Assembly: GCA_965216565.1 (NCBI GenBank)
Contig: OZ244170.1
Coordinates: 5,088,001-5,152,000, forward strand
Source of the DNA: Bythopirellula sp.
Lineage (GTDB): Bacteria; Planctomycetota; Planctomycetia; Pirellulales; Lacipirellulaceae
Direction: 5' to 3'
Length of the DNA: 64,000 nucleotides
Program-made: the position numbers and the translations under genes
Notes under the pieces: model-generated
Database searches by the model: none
Told to the model about the DNA's origin: nothing
The model's input: only the letters and a program-made list of their open reading frames with translations
Shown here: piece after piece, positions 39,064 to 48,974 of the stretch
How the letters are laid out: every line of letters starts with the position of its first letter
Position numbering within the stretch: position 1 is the stretch's first letter

Positions 39064-40112
39064 GGCAAGTCCTCCGGGTGTCTCCGCGCGATAGTCCTAC
39101 AGCTCGTAGTGATTACTAATCCAGCTACTAACAGCGTTAGTGAATACGGCTCTGGGACCGCATGCAGAGACTGAGTGTGTGGCGGGGTACTTCCATATTG
39201 AGCTTCCCAGGCCAATAGCTCAGATCCGTGGGAGTTCGAATCAACCTGCCAGGTAAGAAAATCGAGGCCATCAACGGACATGTCGCCGTTGAAATCGGCG
39301 TTAATCCCTGCGCTTACGATTAAGGTGTCGATGCGAAGATGCTGAAAGCTCGAGTGCACGATCGAATCAGTCTGGAATCGAAAGTCACCGGTGAAGCCTG
39401 GCAACCAAAATTCAGCAATAAATTCTTGTTGCTGCACCAAGCCAAAGGGGCCGTCCACAAGGAGGTTGGGGTCGGAAACTTCCGAGATATAGAGTGAGTC
39501 TGAAATCTCTCCGCCTTCGAGGGGCCTGCCGTCCAGTTGAACTAGTTCCAGGGAATCGGGGAAAACACTTGCTGGTCCGCCATCGTTGGGGTCCTCGTTC
39601 AATGTGGCGGCAACTTGGACGATGACGCGGGTACCATCAGTTGGCGCGTAAGACTGTCCCGAACCGGCTGAGCCACCGTGGTTCAAGATGTCAGCATACA
39701 CACGATAGTTCCCATTGAATGCGTAGTAACCTCCGGAGCTCCCTACGAACCCTGGCGAGTTGACACCCAAGTTGGGATCTGCCGAGAGAGCTGGGTTCAT
39801 GTTGCTTGAACTGGGTGCTGTGCTTCGTGTGGAGAACATAAACACGTCGGGATCACCGAGAAAGTCGATCGGATCGGAGTTCCATTCTTGAAAAGTGCTA
39901 TCCGGATCTCCGACGGACCAATCGTTGGGGTCCTGGAAGTTGACGGCAGAGCCTTCAGCGTTGTGCACGCCCGAGTAAAGCAACAATGCTGTGGCCGCTA
40001 GGAGCCGTAAAGTCTTGCGAGGCAGGGCATGATGTGCGTCCGAGCGTGTGCCTGACGTTGCGAAAGCTCGGCTGGTCATGACTTCCCGTTCAGCTGCAAC
40101 TTGAAGTTTCAT
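39057..40112 (-). CDS. PEP-CTERM protein with dockerin-like Ca-binding tail
   Basis: ADFNGDMSVDGLDFLTWQ then AVPEP + TM + basic residues. Confidence 0.85.
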   Translation of the reverse strand: MKLQVAAEREVMTSRAFATSGTRSDAHHALPRKTLRLLAATALLLYSGVHNAEGSAVNFQDPNDWSVGDPDSTFQEWNSDPIDFLGDPDVFMFSTRSTAPSSSNMNPALSADPNLGVNSPGFVGSSGGYYAFNGNYRVYADILNHGGSAGSGQSYAPTDGTRVIVQVAATLNEDPNDGGPASVFPDSLELVQLDGRPLEGGEISDSLYISEVSDPNLLVDGPFGLVQQQEFIAEFWLPGFTGDFRFQTDSIVHSSFQHLRIDTLIVSAGINADFNGDMSVDGLDFLTWQVDSNSHGSELLAWEAQYGSTPPHTQSLHAVPEPYSLTLLVAGLVITTSCRTIARRHPEDLPC

Positions 40113-40128
40113 GATTTGTAGTCCTTTG

Positions 40129-40168
40129 AAAAAGATCCAGTCGGCCCTGTTCCGGACGGCCGACTGGA
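40129..40168 (-). terminator. Internal terminator or stabilising hairpin after the first PEP-CTERM gene
   Basis: Minus strand TCCAGTCGGCC...GGCCGACTGGA-TCTTTTT. Confidence 0.65.
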
Positions 40169-40183
40169 CCGGACTCTGGTGGT

Positions 40184-40876
40184 TTACCTACGACGCCTGG
40201 TCACGACACCAATAAAAGCTAATCCCGCCAAGCACAGCGCTGCAGGTTCTGGAGTAGCAATCGAGATATTGTCGATATCGAAGGTGAATTGTGCTGGGTT
40301 GCCTGCCAATCCTGCGGGAATATCAACACCGAATTGCAAATGGCCAATGTTGGAGAACACGTCGTTCCAACTAGATCCTTCGGTAGAAACAATCTGAGGA
40401 CCATGGGGATTGAGGTTAAAGCTGACTTCCGTCCACGTGTTGGGAGCTACTGGTGTAAAGTCGACGGCAACGGCGCCTGGAAAGTTGGCTGGGCCGCTTC
40501 CTCTCATGAAATAGTTCACCACGCTGGGAGCATTGTGTTTGACTTGAGCGGTTACTATTCGTATGCCATCGGCAACCCAATTGCCTTCAAAGGCGCCGCC
40601 ACTTGACCCAAATTCATCTTGCCCCCGGTAGAGCACCACAGAGTCTCCACCACTGTTAGGATCAGAGAATGCGAATGTGGTCCTGGCAAAACCGCTTCCG
40701 TCTGGACCTCCGGAGGAAACGTAAGTTAAGGGACCACTACTGTTATCTCCCCAGAATGCCGTATCGGAAGCAAACTCTTCGGTAAAGGGGGGCGCTGTTG
40801 CGGGTGCTGTACTTGCGACAATCACTAATACAGAAAACCAAGAAGCAATCACTAAGCTGCGATTGAATAAACTCAT
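40184..40876 (-). CDS. PEP-CTERM secreted protein
   Basis: Signal peptide; C-terminal TPEPAALCLAGLAFIGVVTRRRR; start approximate. Confidence 0.88.
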   Translation of the reverse strand: MSLFNRSLVIASWFSVLVIVASTAPATAPPFTEEFASDTAFWGDNSSGPLTYVSSGGPDGSGFARTTFAFSDPNSGGDSVVLYRGQDEFGSSGGAFEGNWVADGIRIVTAQVKHNAPSVVNYFMRGSGPANFPGAVAVDFTPVAPNTWTEVSFNLNPHGPQIVSTEGSSWNDVFSNIGHLQFGVDIPAGLAGNPAQFTFDIDNISIATPEPAALCLAGLAFIGVVTRRRR

Positions 40877-41203
40877 GGTACGAATCATCTCCAATATGAA
40901 ATCGTTGATCGCGATATTGCGACACCGATTGAACTGCATGGGCTGAAAACTGAGCTGCTAAGCTCGAGGAAAACTCACTGAGAAAGCTCAGGACTCGAGA
41001 GCTTTTCAACAAGCGATGCCTGTGCTTAGCAAACCACGGATGGCGAAAATAAAACTCGCCTCTGAAGAAACTCCTTTCGACTCGATTGCTGGGCAACGGA
41101 TGACGGCCCTAGGGGCACACTCGTCCACGTTGGCTGGCAATCGGCCGGAGTTGGCCGTGGCTGGCTAGATGTGGGAAACTCGATTCACAACCATGGATCT
41201 GTT

Positions 41204-41222
41204 GCAAATGAGTCTCAGTAGC
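41204..41222. promoter_or_regulatory. Fur-box-like operator
   Basis: GCAAATGAGTCTCAGTAGC: 12/19 to GATAATGATAATCATTATC, 7/9 self-palindromic, upstream of hemP. Confidence 0.65.
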
Positions 41223-41295
41223 GATATGATAACGGCTGTTTCACGTCATTCAAAGGGCGAAAAGTCGCCTTTATCAGAAAAGACAGCTTTGAATT

Positions 41296-41511
41296 ATGGC
41301 ATTCCCAGCGCCGAGCGATTCACCCAAGAATGAGCAAATCCGGCGGTCCATTGGCTCGAAACCATCATGCTCACCCCAGGGGATTACTCCCCCCAAGGTG
41401 ATCCCATCCGAGGCACTGTTCGAGGGTTCCAGGCTGGTAGTTATCGACCATGCCGGTGATCCCTATCGATTGATGATCACCAAGAACGGCAAGTTGATTT
41501 TGCAGAAGTAG
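41296..41511 (+). CDS. hemP: Hemin uptake protein HemP family
   Basis: SEALFEGSRLVVIDHAGDPYRLMITKNGKLILQK, the HemP/HmuP signature. Confidence 0.9.
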   Translation: MAFPAPSDSPKNEQIRRSIGSKPSCSPQGITPPKVIPSEALFEGSRLVVIDHAGDPYRLMITKNGKLILQK

Positions 41512-41562
41512 ATGCCTCAGAACTGAGCCGATGGCGGTCTCTGAGAGTGTGCCAGGACCACG

Positions 41563-42159
41563 TTATTTCTTGCCGCTCGCCGACTTCACATTGGGGACCA
41601 ACGGCCCGTCCAGAGGCAAGGTGTAAGTGAGCGCACCAATAGCTTGCCCTTTGGGAACGTCTTCGTAGTGGCCGTGGCACATGACGCACTTTTCCATCAC
41701 CACGGGTATCGCTGTGGCAACGCGAAGATGCTTTGTTCCCTGCCGTGTTTCGACTTCCTCAACCCAAGATTCGCCGGCCACGAGTTGCTTCATGGCCGAT
41801 TGTTCGAATTTGTCTTCCGGAGTATTCTCTTCGTTGATCGGTTCCCCTGTTGCGTCGACTAGCCGGACCTTGTGCCAACCGTTCTTCTCTGCCGCGGCAA
41901 AGATCATCTTGAAGGCGGTTCCGGCGGGGATCATTTCTTCGTCATTCACATAATGAGTAGTGATGGCGACAATACCGTTTTTGTAGATGTCGTCCAACAT
42001 CCTCACCTCTCGTTGGGCACGTTTCAGCTCGGGATCGCTATTCGCGGTATCTGTCTTCTTGATATCCTCGGCAGAACTCTCGCCTCCAGACATTCCATAG
42101 GCTAAACAGAGCAGGAGAATGCTCGCCAGTGCTAGAGTTACCTTCTTGGAAAGGGTCAT
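41563..42159 (-). CDS. DUF3365/Tll0287-like periplasmic c-type heme protein
   Basis: RBS AGGAG, signal peptide, N.P.D.FE, AIPVVMEKCVMCH, IGALTY. Confidence 0.85.
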   Translation of the reverse strand: MTLSKKVTLALASILLLCLAYGMSGGESSAEDIKKTDTANSDPELKRAQREVRMLDDIYKNGIVAITTHYVNDEEMIPAGTAFKMIFAAAEKNGWHKVRLVDATGEPINEENTPEDKFEQSAMKQLVAGESWVEEVETRQGTKHLRVATAIPVVMEKCVMCHGHYEDVPKGQAIGALTYTLPLDGPLVPNVKSASGKK

Positions 42160-42226
42160 TGCAATACTCCTTACACATAGGGTCAATGGGCAATGGTGGG
42201 ACCAGCGAGAATCGTTACAATAGATA

Positions 42227-42299
42227 ATCGACCTGTTTGTCCGATTTTCAGCAAAATTCAAAGTTAACTGCAGCTATTATCGATGTCAATGTCCGATTT
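42227..42299. promoter_or_regulatory. Tandem candidate Rrf2 operators
   Basis: ATCGA-N7-GTCCGATTT at 42227 and 42279. Confidence 0.5.
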
Positions 42300-42365
42300 A
42301 GACGGTTCGGCAGATTTTATGGATGTCAAACATCTAGATATCTCTTGCTTTGGGGGCTGGGCGTA

Positions 42366-42809
42366 ATGTTTTCGCAAACACAAGAGTACGCATTACGGGC
42401 AACTATCTGGCTTGCCAACCATCTGGATGAAGGAGCATTCGGATGCAATCAGATCGCGGAAGACACCGCCGTCCCGCCCAGCTATTTGGCCAAGGTTCTG
42501 CAGGAACTCGCGCGGTCGGGCATCCTCACGTCTCGGCGTGGAGTGGGAGGAGGATTTCAGCTTGATCGCGATCCCGATTCGCTCACCGTACTAGAGGTTA
42601 TCAATGCCGTGGACCCGGTGAAGAGAATCGCCACCTGTCCATTAGGTTTGAAGACGCACGGAAAGCATCTCTGTCCGATGCACTCGCGGCTGGATAGTGC
42701 GATGGAAATGGTGGAAGAGGCGTTAGGGAATTCTACTATTCGCGAAGTGATGTCTGAGCCTGGCAGACCATTGCCGATGGTAGAAACGCCTCGAGCGAAA
42801 AAGAAGTAG
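42366..42809 (+). CDS. Rrf2 family transcriptional regulator
   Basis: MFSQTQEYALRA, YLAKVLQEL, SRRGVGGGF, CPLG...LCPMH. Confidence 0.92.
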   Translation: MFSQTQEYALRATIWLANHLDEGAFGCNQIAEDTAVPPSYLAKVLQELARSGILTSRRGVGGGFQLDRDPDSLTVLEVINAVDPVKRIATCPLGLKTHGKHLCPMHSRLDSAMEMVEEALGNSTIREVMSEPGRPLPMVETPRAKKK

Positions 42810-42868
42810 GCGGCCGTGCGACACGTGGTGTCGCGGCTGAGTGATGTGTAGGGAAATGCACTACCGCT

Positions 42869-44134
42869 CTAAGTCGAGGTGCTCTGTTCCAACCTAGATG
42901 GATCCGCGAACTCTGCCTCGGCTTCAGTGAGGCAGCGTTTGATTTGCCGCACCGCCTGCTGCAGACGTTGCTCGTTCTCCACCATCGACATGCGCAGATA
43001 ACCCTCGCCGGCTGGCCCAAAGCCGCTGCCAGGACTGACGGCCACGTTGCCTTTTTCCAGGAGCATCATGGCAAAGTCCATTGTGCTCATTCGCGATTGC
43101 CAAAGTTCAGGGATTTTCTGCCAGACGAACATGCCTGCCTTAGGCGGTTCGACGTCCCACCCGATGCGCGTGAGCGCATCGCAGAGTGTATCGCGACGAC
43201 TTTGGTAGATGCGAGACTGTTTTTCGACCGCGGCATCGGTATCTCTCAAGGCAACAATCGCCGCGATCTGGATCGCTTGGAACATGCCGTAGTCGTAGTA
43301 CCCCTTGATTGTTGCTAGCGCCGAGATCATCTCAGGGTTGCCGGAACAGAAGCCGACTCGCCAGCCGGCCATATTGTAGCCTTTGCTCATGGTGGTGAAC
43401 TCAACGCCCACCTCGGCGGCTCCGCGCGAAGCCAAGAAACTTGGCGGCTGATAACCATCAAAGGCCACGTCGGCATAGGCGAAGTCGCTGATCACCATGA
43501 AGCCATACTTTTTGGCGAGCCGCACGACTTCGTCGTAGAAGCTTTGTTCCACCACTACGCTCGAGGGATTGTGAGGGTAGTTGAGAATGAGAAGCTTTGG
43601 GCTGGGGTAGAGTTTCTCGCAAGTGTAGGCGATGTCAGCCAGAAACTTTTCGCTATTGGTCACTTCGAGTGTGATCACATTGCCCGAGGCTAAGGCGACC
43701 GAATAAACGTGGATTGGAAAATAGGGAGCAGGCACCATTGCCGTATCGCCAGGACCCATCATGGCCAGGCACATGTGGCTAAAGCCCTCCTTCGATCCCA
43801 GGCAGACGATCACTTCGCTATCAGGATCTAGGCGTACACCGTACTTCTTATGGTACTTGGCGGCCACTTCGCGACGAAGATTCGCGATGCCATTGGACTT
43901 GCTATAACCGTGATTGCGCTCGTCGGCAGCGGCCTCGGCCAGCTTATCGATCACCAGATTTTCGGGGGGATCGCTAGGGTTGCCCATGCCCAAATCGATC
44001 ACATCGTCGCCCGCCCGCCGTTTGTTGTACAGCATCGTATTGATGCGGCCAAACAAATACGGTGGCAGGCGCGTAACACGCTGGGCGATCTGTACCTGGA
44101 AAGGATCGGAAGACGAATCGGATGGGGACGACAT
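42869..44134 (-). CDS. Class I/II PLP aminotransferase (AlaC/LL-DAP aminotransferase-like)
   Basis: [42 protein letters not shown]. Confidence 0.9.
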   Translation of the reverse strand: MSSPSDSSSDPFQVQIAQRVTRLPPYLFGRINTMLYNKRRAGDDVIDLGMGNPSDPPENLVIDKLAEAAADERNHGYSKSNGIANLRREVAAKYHKKYGVRLDPDSEVIVCLGSKEGFSHMCLAMMGPGDTAMVPAPYFPIHVYSVALASGNVITLEVTNSEKFLADIAYTCEKLYPSPKLLILNYPHNPSSVVVEQSFYDEVVRLAKKYGFMVISDFAYADVAFDGYQPPSFLASRGAAEVGVEFTTMSKGYNMAGWRVGFCSGNPEMISALATIKGYYDYGMFQAIQIAAIVALRDTDAAVEKQSRIYQSRRDTLCDALTRIGWDVEPPKAGMFVWQKIPELWQSRMSTMDFAMMLLEKGNVAVSPGSGFGPAGEGYLRMSMVENEQRLQQAVRQIKRCLTEAEAEFADPSRLEQSTST

Positions 44135-44223
44135 AGGTAATCTCAAAGTGGGCAGTATCTTGTTCCTAGGACCAAGTATACCCGCGCCAGGCTAGTCGCC
44201 CAATGGAGAGTCGAACCTTCCTT

Positions 44224-46131
44224 TTATCGAGTTCCAGCAACAGGTCGTACGGCTGTGTCTTGCCGGACCTCTGCTTGCCCCTTGGGAGCTGTACTTGTCC
44301 CAGCCAGGTAGTTGTCGATGCGAGATTGGCTGCGAATTCTTTCGAATGTCTCGGTCATCGCCATTCGCAGTTTTTTCTCGTTAATGTCACGATAAAGAAT
44401 GTCACGGACTTCGGCCAAATTGACATCAATCTGCTCAGTACGGCCCTCACAGCGGAGGATTATGAATTTTTCTCCGACCTGAACGATTCCGGATAGCTGA
44501 CCCGGTTCGAGGGCAAAAGCAACTTCCTCAAGTTGTGGTTGACCGCCAAACTTTTGCAGCGGTGGAACCTCGCCCCGGAGTGCTTTGCTGGTAGGCTCGA
44601 CCGAGTACTGCTCGGCCAAATCGCCGAAGTAAACAAGCGTGGGGTTTCGTCGGGCCTTGTCCCATACTTCTTGGGCGCGTCGCATGTTGCCCAGCACAAT
44701 TGCTCGGCAGCGAACTCGCTCGCCATAGTTGGCTTCAAATCCTTTTTGCAAATCTTCCTCGTCGACAGAGACGTCACTTGCCGCAAGTTTCTTGAGTGCC
44801 GCCGAGGGCCACAAAGCATTGCGGTAATAGTCGTCTTCCGAGATGCCTTGTTGCTCGGTCACAATCTGCATCCACTTGCCAAGGTCTGGGTTGCCCTGGT
44901 CGTCGACAACGCCGGCAAGCTCGGCCGCGTGGTGCATCTCGGCATTAGTATCTTCTTGAGTGAGGGTCAGGCCAGATTTCTTCATCGCTTGGGATAGTAA
45001 TAGTTGCGAAATCTGAGTTTCCAGCACTTCTTCACCATGGCGAGTCAGGCATTCCTTTCCAAGCTCATTGAAAGTAATGCGGTCGCCGTTGACGGTAGCA
45101 ACAACTCCCGGCAAGGTTTCCCGGAGCTGAGGGGTGTTGTACACATTCTGGATGGTGGCAGTTGACTGCAACTTGGCAAAAAGATTTTGCGCGACGCCGC
45201 GGAGTTTTTCGTCTTTGATTTTCTCAACGATCTCGGCCTCCACCGCAGCAGCTTGTACCTGACGTGGCGGGATGCGACCCTCGCACTTGAGAATGACAAA
45301 CTGGCCGGCTACTTCCAGAACGGGAGAAATTTGTCCTGGCTGTAAGCCAAAGGCGGTTTGCTCGATTGCGGAATCGCCCACGTGTCGGCTAATTGGCTGA
45401 ATCAAACCCCCAATGCTGGCACTGTTGACGTCGACAGAGTGTTCGATAGCCAGTCGGGCAAAGTTCTCGGGGTCGGCAACTAGTTCCGCATGAATCTTGT
45501 CTGCCTTTTCACGCGTGCTGATGGCGATGAGTCGGGCTTGGATTTTCTCGCCAAATTGCTTTTCCATCGCGATCTGAACTTCTGCGGCCGTTGGTTCGAC
45601 TTCGCTGGCTGCGAGTTTACGCAAGGCCAGGGTGGGCCAAACGATGTCGCGAGCATACTCCTCGGGGGTGATATCTCGCTCTTGTTGGAGCAGATCGAAC
45701 CACTGCTCGCGGCCTAGCTTAAAGCGTGCCGCCATGCGATCGATTTCGGCTTCAATATCTGCCGGGGTTATTTTGATACTTCGCTTTTCGCAATGCGAGA
45801 GGATCAATCGTTTGTTGACCAGGCTCTCGAGAACCTCTTTTCCAAACTGCTGCATGCAGGCATCGGTGAGCGCCTGGCGACTGATGTCCTGACCATTGAC
45901 GATGGCCATGACATCGTGCTGAATGGGGTTGGTCTGCTCCGGGGCAGAAGCATTTTCGCCACCGGAGCGTGGAGCCTGAGCCTGCGCGGTGCGATCGCCT
46001 TCGATGCTGCGGAATTGCACGGCGACGGTCACAACAATTACTGCGATGACAATCCAACCAACCTGAGAGGTAAGTAGTCGATTCGAAAAGCGCGCGAGCT
46101 GCGCGCCAAAGTCTGCGTCCTTGCGAGACAT
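44224..46131 (-). CDS. PpiC/parvulin-type peptidyl-prolyl isomerase with two rotamase domains
   Basis: FARLAIEHSVD..SASIGG and FGDLAEQYSVE..SKALRG; N-terminal TM. Confidence 0.88.
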   Translation of the reverse strand: MSRKDADFGAQLARFSNRLLTSQVGWIVIAVIVVTVAVQFRSIEGDRTAQAQAPRSGGENASAPEQTNPIQHDVMAIVNGQDISRQALTDACMQQFGKEVLESLVNKRLILSHCEKRSIKITPADIEAEIDRMAARFKLGREQWFDLLQQERDITPEEYARDIVWPTLALRKLAASEVEPTAAEVQIAMEKQFGEKIQARLIAISTREKADKIHAELVADPENFARLAIEHSVDVNSASIGGLIQPISRHVGDSAIEQTAFGLQPGQISPVLEVAGQFVILKCEGRIPPRQVQAAAVEAEIVEKIKDEKLRGVAQNLFAKLQSTATIQNVYNTPQLRETLPGVVATVNGDRITFNELGKECLTRHGEEVLETQISQLLLSQAMKKSGLTLTQEDTNAEMHHAAELAGVVDDQGNPDLGKWMQIVTEQQGISEDDYYRNALWPSAALKKLAASDVSVDEEDLQKGFEANYGERVRCRAIVLGNMRRAQEVWDKARRNPTLVYFGDLAEQYSVEPTSKALRGEVPPLQKFGGQPQLEEVAFALEPGQLSGIVQVGEKFIILRCEGRTEQIDVNLAEVRDILYRDINEKKLRMAMTETFERIRSQSRIDNYLAGTSTAPKGQAEVRQDTAVRPVAGTR

Positions 46132-46405
46132 GGCGGTTTCTCCATAAACCGAGTGTAACTAGATTGGGTCGCACGCTATTCGGGAGCGCGCGAGAGTACG
46201 GGGGTAGGCGGAGAGTATACGGGGCGACGATGAAACGCAGCAATAGCGATGAACGCGGGTGCTAGCTTGGGATTGCCTAGAATGCTTTGGCCATGAATAG
46301 ATCTATCCGAGGGCTGCTAGAATTGTGCTAGCGAGACGATCGTTTGATCGTGAGTACAAGCAATCCTCAGCCAAGCCAGGGGCAGGACAGTAATCCAAAA
46401 TAGTC

Positions 46406-46966
46406 CTACTCGTCCATCACCTCAGCTTCTTTGTCCTTAGCCAGTGCCGTGGCTTGGTCTTCGTACTTTTTGGTGAGGTCCTGAATTTCTTTCTTCAAGT
46501 CGTCGCGGTCGTCCTCGGTGAGTTCTTTGTCTTTCTCACCCTGATCGGCATGTTTGTTTCCATCGCGGCGGACGTTGCGGATCGAGACCTTGGTTTCCTC
46601 GGCCAGTTCCTTGGTCCTAGCGACCATCGAGCGGCGGACCTCGGTAGAAAGGGCAGGGATATTGAGTCGAATGACTTTGCCGTCGTTCTGCGGTGCGAGG
46701 CCCAAGTCGCTGGCGATGATGCCTTTTTCGATGTCTTTGATCGTCGAGGGATCGAAGGGGCGGATTACCAACTGAGTGGGTTCGGGAGCACTGACCGAAG
46801 CGATTTGCTTGATCGGCGTCGGTGAGCCGTAGGCATCGACGCGCACCGAATCGACGAGGCCCGGATTGGCTCGACCGGTGCGGATACCAGTGAGATCGTC
46901 CTTTAACTTGGCGATCGCCTTTTCCATGCGTTCTTCGGTATCGAGAAGTATTTCATCTACGTTCAT
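46406..46966 (-). CDS. frr: Ribosome recycling factor
   Basis: IRTGRANP, YGSPTP, VSIRNVRRD. Confidence 0.97.
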   Translation of the reverse strand: MNVDEILLDTEERMEKAIAKLKDDLTGIRTGRANPGLVDSVRVDAYGSPTPIKQIASVSAPEPTQLVIRPFDPSTIKDIEKGIIASDLGLAPQNDGKVIRLNIPALSTEVRRSMVARTKELAEETKVSIRNVRRDGNKHADQGEKDKELTEDDRDDLKKEIQDLTKKYEDQATALAKDKEAEVMDE

Positions 46967-47008
46967 AGTGTTGCCTAGCGGACTTAAGTGAATGGCTCTA
47001 TTTCTTTG

Positions 47009-47092
47009 GACGGGATAACGGGATAAGCAGGATTTACAGGACAAGTAACCAGATAAGCATCCTGTAAATCCTGCTTATCCGGTCATCCTGTC
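47009..47092. repeat. 33-nt periodic inverted-arm element between pyrH and frr
   Basis: GACGGGATAACGGGATAAGCAGGATTTACAGGA vs reverse complement of 47060-47092 GACAGGATGACCGGATAAGCAGGATTTACAGGA, 30/33. Confidence 0.85.
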
Positions 47093-47098
47093 GTTCGT

Positions 47099-47863
47099 TT
47101 AGCTCCTACTAACCTTCACCTTGCTACTAACAGTTGTGCCTAGTTTTTCGCCGCGGACGGCGCGTTCGATGTTGCCATCTACTCCGTAGTTGAACACCAA
47201 AATGGGCAGGTCGTGTTCCATGCATTGGGCGATGGCTGTGGGATCCATGACCCGTAGGTTCTGATCGCGAACCTCTTGGAATGAGAGCTCATCGAACAGT
47301 ACCGCATGAGGGTTCTTTTCTGGGTCGTCACTGTACACGCCCTGCACTCGTGTGGCCTTCATCAAAATATCGGCTTCCAGCTCTAAGGCTTTCTGGGCGG
47401 CTGCCGTGTCGGTCGTCACAAAAGGGGCACCTGTGCCGCCGGCTAGAATGACCGTGCGACCCTTTTCCAAGTGACGTTTGGCACGTCGACGAATAAAAGG
47501 TTCGGCCACGCCGTCCATCTTGACCGCGCTCATTAGTCGTGTTTCGCAACCGAGCGATTCCAACGCGTCTTGCAGCGCCAGACCGTTAATGACCGTGGCG
47601 AGCATGCCCATGTAATGGGCTGTGGCTTCTTGGATGCTAGAGTTGCCGGCGGTGAATTGAGCACCGCGGAGGATATTGCCGCCGCCGATGACGATGGCGA
47701 TCTCGACACCTTGCTGTTTTGCCTTATAGGTTTGGCTGGCAATATGCACGACCTCTTGCATACTGATGCCACGTTCGCCCGAAGGAGCAAAGCTCTCGCC
47801 GGAAAGTTTTAAGACGACACGTCGGTAAGGACCGGGGCTTGGTTCGTTGCTCGCGGTAGACAT
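47099..47863 (-). CDS. pyrH: UMP kinase
   Basis: [35 protein letters not shown]. Confidence 0.97.
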   Translation of the reverse strand: MSTASNEPSPGPYRRVVLKLSGESFAPSGERGISMQEVVHIASQTYKAKQQGVEIAIVIGGGNILRGAQFTAGNSSIQEATAHYMGMLATVINGLALQDALESLGCETRLMSAVKMDGVAEPFIRRRAKRHLEKGRTVILAGGTGAPFVTTDTAAAQKALELEADILMKATRVQGVYSDDPEKNPHAVLFDELSFQEVRDQNLRVMDPTAIAQCMEHDLPILVFNYGVDGNIERAVRGEKLGTTVSSKVKVSRS

Positions 47864-47960
47864 GGTGGTAGGCGGTCCTCAATTCCCAAATTTCAAGTGA
47901 TGCGCTTGATATCTCCCGAGATATCAGGAGCCAATTCCTGGACTGCCCGGATGGTATCAC

Positions 47961-47991
47961 AAAAAAGCCCCGAGCAAAATTGCCCGGGGCT
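47961..47991 (-). terminator. Intrinsic terminator after tsf
   Basis: Minus strand GCCCCGGGCA-ATTT-TGCTCGGGGC-T6. Confidence 0.85.
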
Positions 47992-48027
47992 GAGATTACT
48001 TCAGGTTTGGGGGAGTTGGGAGGCCAG

Positions 48028-48885
48028 TCAGGCCGCTTCACCCGATCCTTCGTCAGAAGAGGTCTCGCCCAGAGTCCAGCGTAGGAAGCGTTTAATCTTC
48101 ATGTCGCCGCTCTTAGCAATATCGCCCACAGATTGCTTATCGTCTTTGACGAAAGGCTGCTCGCTGAGGACATGCTCCGAGTAAAAGTTTTTCATCCGTC
48201 CTTCGATCATCTTCTCGACGATATTATCTGGCTTGCCTTCTTTTTTAGCTGCTTCGGCCAGTGTGGTACGCTCGGCCTCGACGATCGCCGGGTCAAGGTC
48301 TTCCTTGTTCGCTGCCTTGGGATTCATGGCAGCGATATGCAGTGCCACTTCCTTGGCCAGCTCGTCGTTGCCGCCTTCCACTTCCAGAAGCACGCCAATC
48401 TTAGCCATGTGAACGAACGCACCGCAGGGGGCATCGATCCGTTCCTGACGAGCGAGGCGAAAAACTTCGCGAATTTTGTTCTGAAGTTCGTCGCGTTGGT
48501 CCTCTAGCGTCATGCCATCGCGAGAAGGAGATGGTTGCGACCATAGCTCCTCAGCCGTGGCGGCACCCGGACCAGTGGCGAGTTGTCTCGCCAAATCGCT
48601 GGCAAGTTGCACAAATTCGTCGTTCGACGCGACCGGTGCCGACTCGCATTGTAGCTCGATAATGGTACCAACCTTGTCGGCGACGCTGGCATAAACGCCA
48701 ATCCGACCTTCATCAGTCGATCGATCTTGCCGCTTGCCCATGAATTTTTTGCCACTCTCACGCAACGCTTGCTTGGCCGCTTCCATGTCGCCGCCGGCGT
48801 CGTTGAGGGCCTTCTTGCATTCCATCATGGGGAGCTGCGTATCGTCGCGCAGTTGTTTCACCATTGCTGCGGTGATTTCTGCCAT
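48028..48885 (-). CDS. tsf: Elongation factor Ts
   Basis: ITAAMVKQLR..MMECKKAL, LHIAAMNP, GKPDNIVEKMIEGR. Confidence 0.97.
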   Translation of the reverse strand: MAEITAAMVKQLRDDTQLPMMECKKALNDAGGDMEAAKQALRESGKKFMGKRQDRSTDEGRIGVYASVADKVGTIIELQCESAPVASNDEFVQLASDLARQLATGPGAATAEELWSQPSPSRDGMTLEDQRDELQNKIREVFRLARQERIDAPCGAFVHMAKIGVLLEVEGGNDELAKEVALHIAAMNPKAANKEDLDPAIVEAERTTLAEAAKKEGKPDNIVEKMIEGRMKNFYSEHVLSEQPFVKDDKQSVGDIAKSGDMKIKRFLRWTLGETSSDEGSGEAA

Positions 48886-48974
48886 GTTAGTGATACTCCT
48901 ATGTAAACGATTCGTATCGAATTGCGAGCCGAGCAGATTCTCGAGACTCGCTTGAACTAGTTAGCGATATAAAA

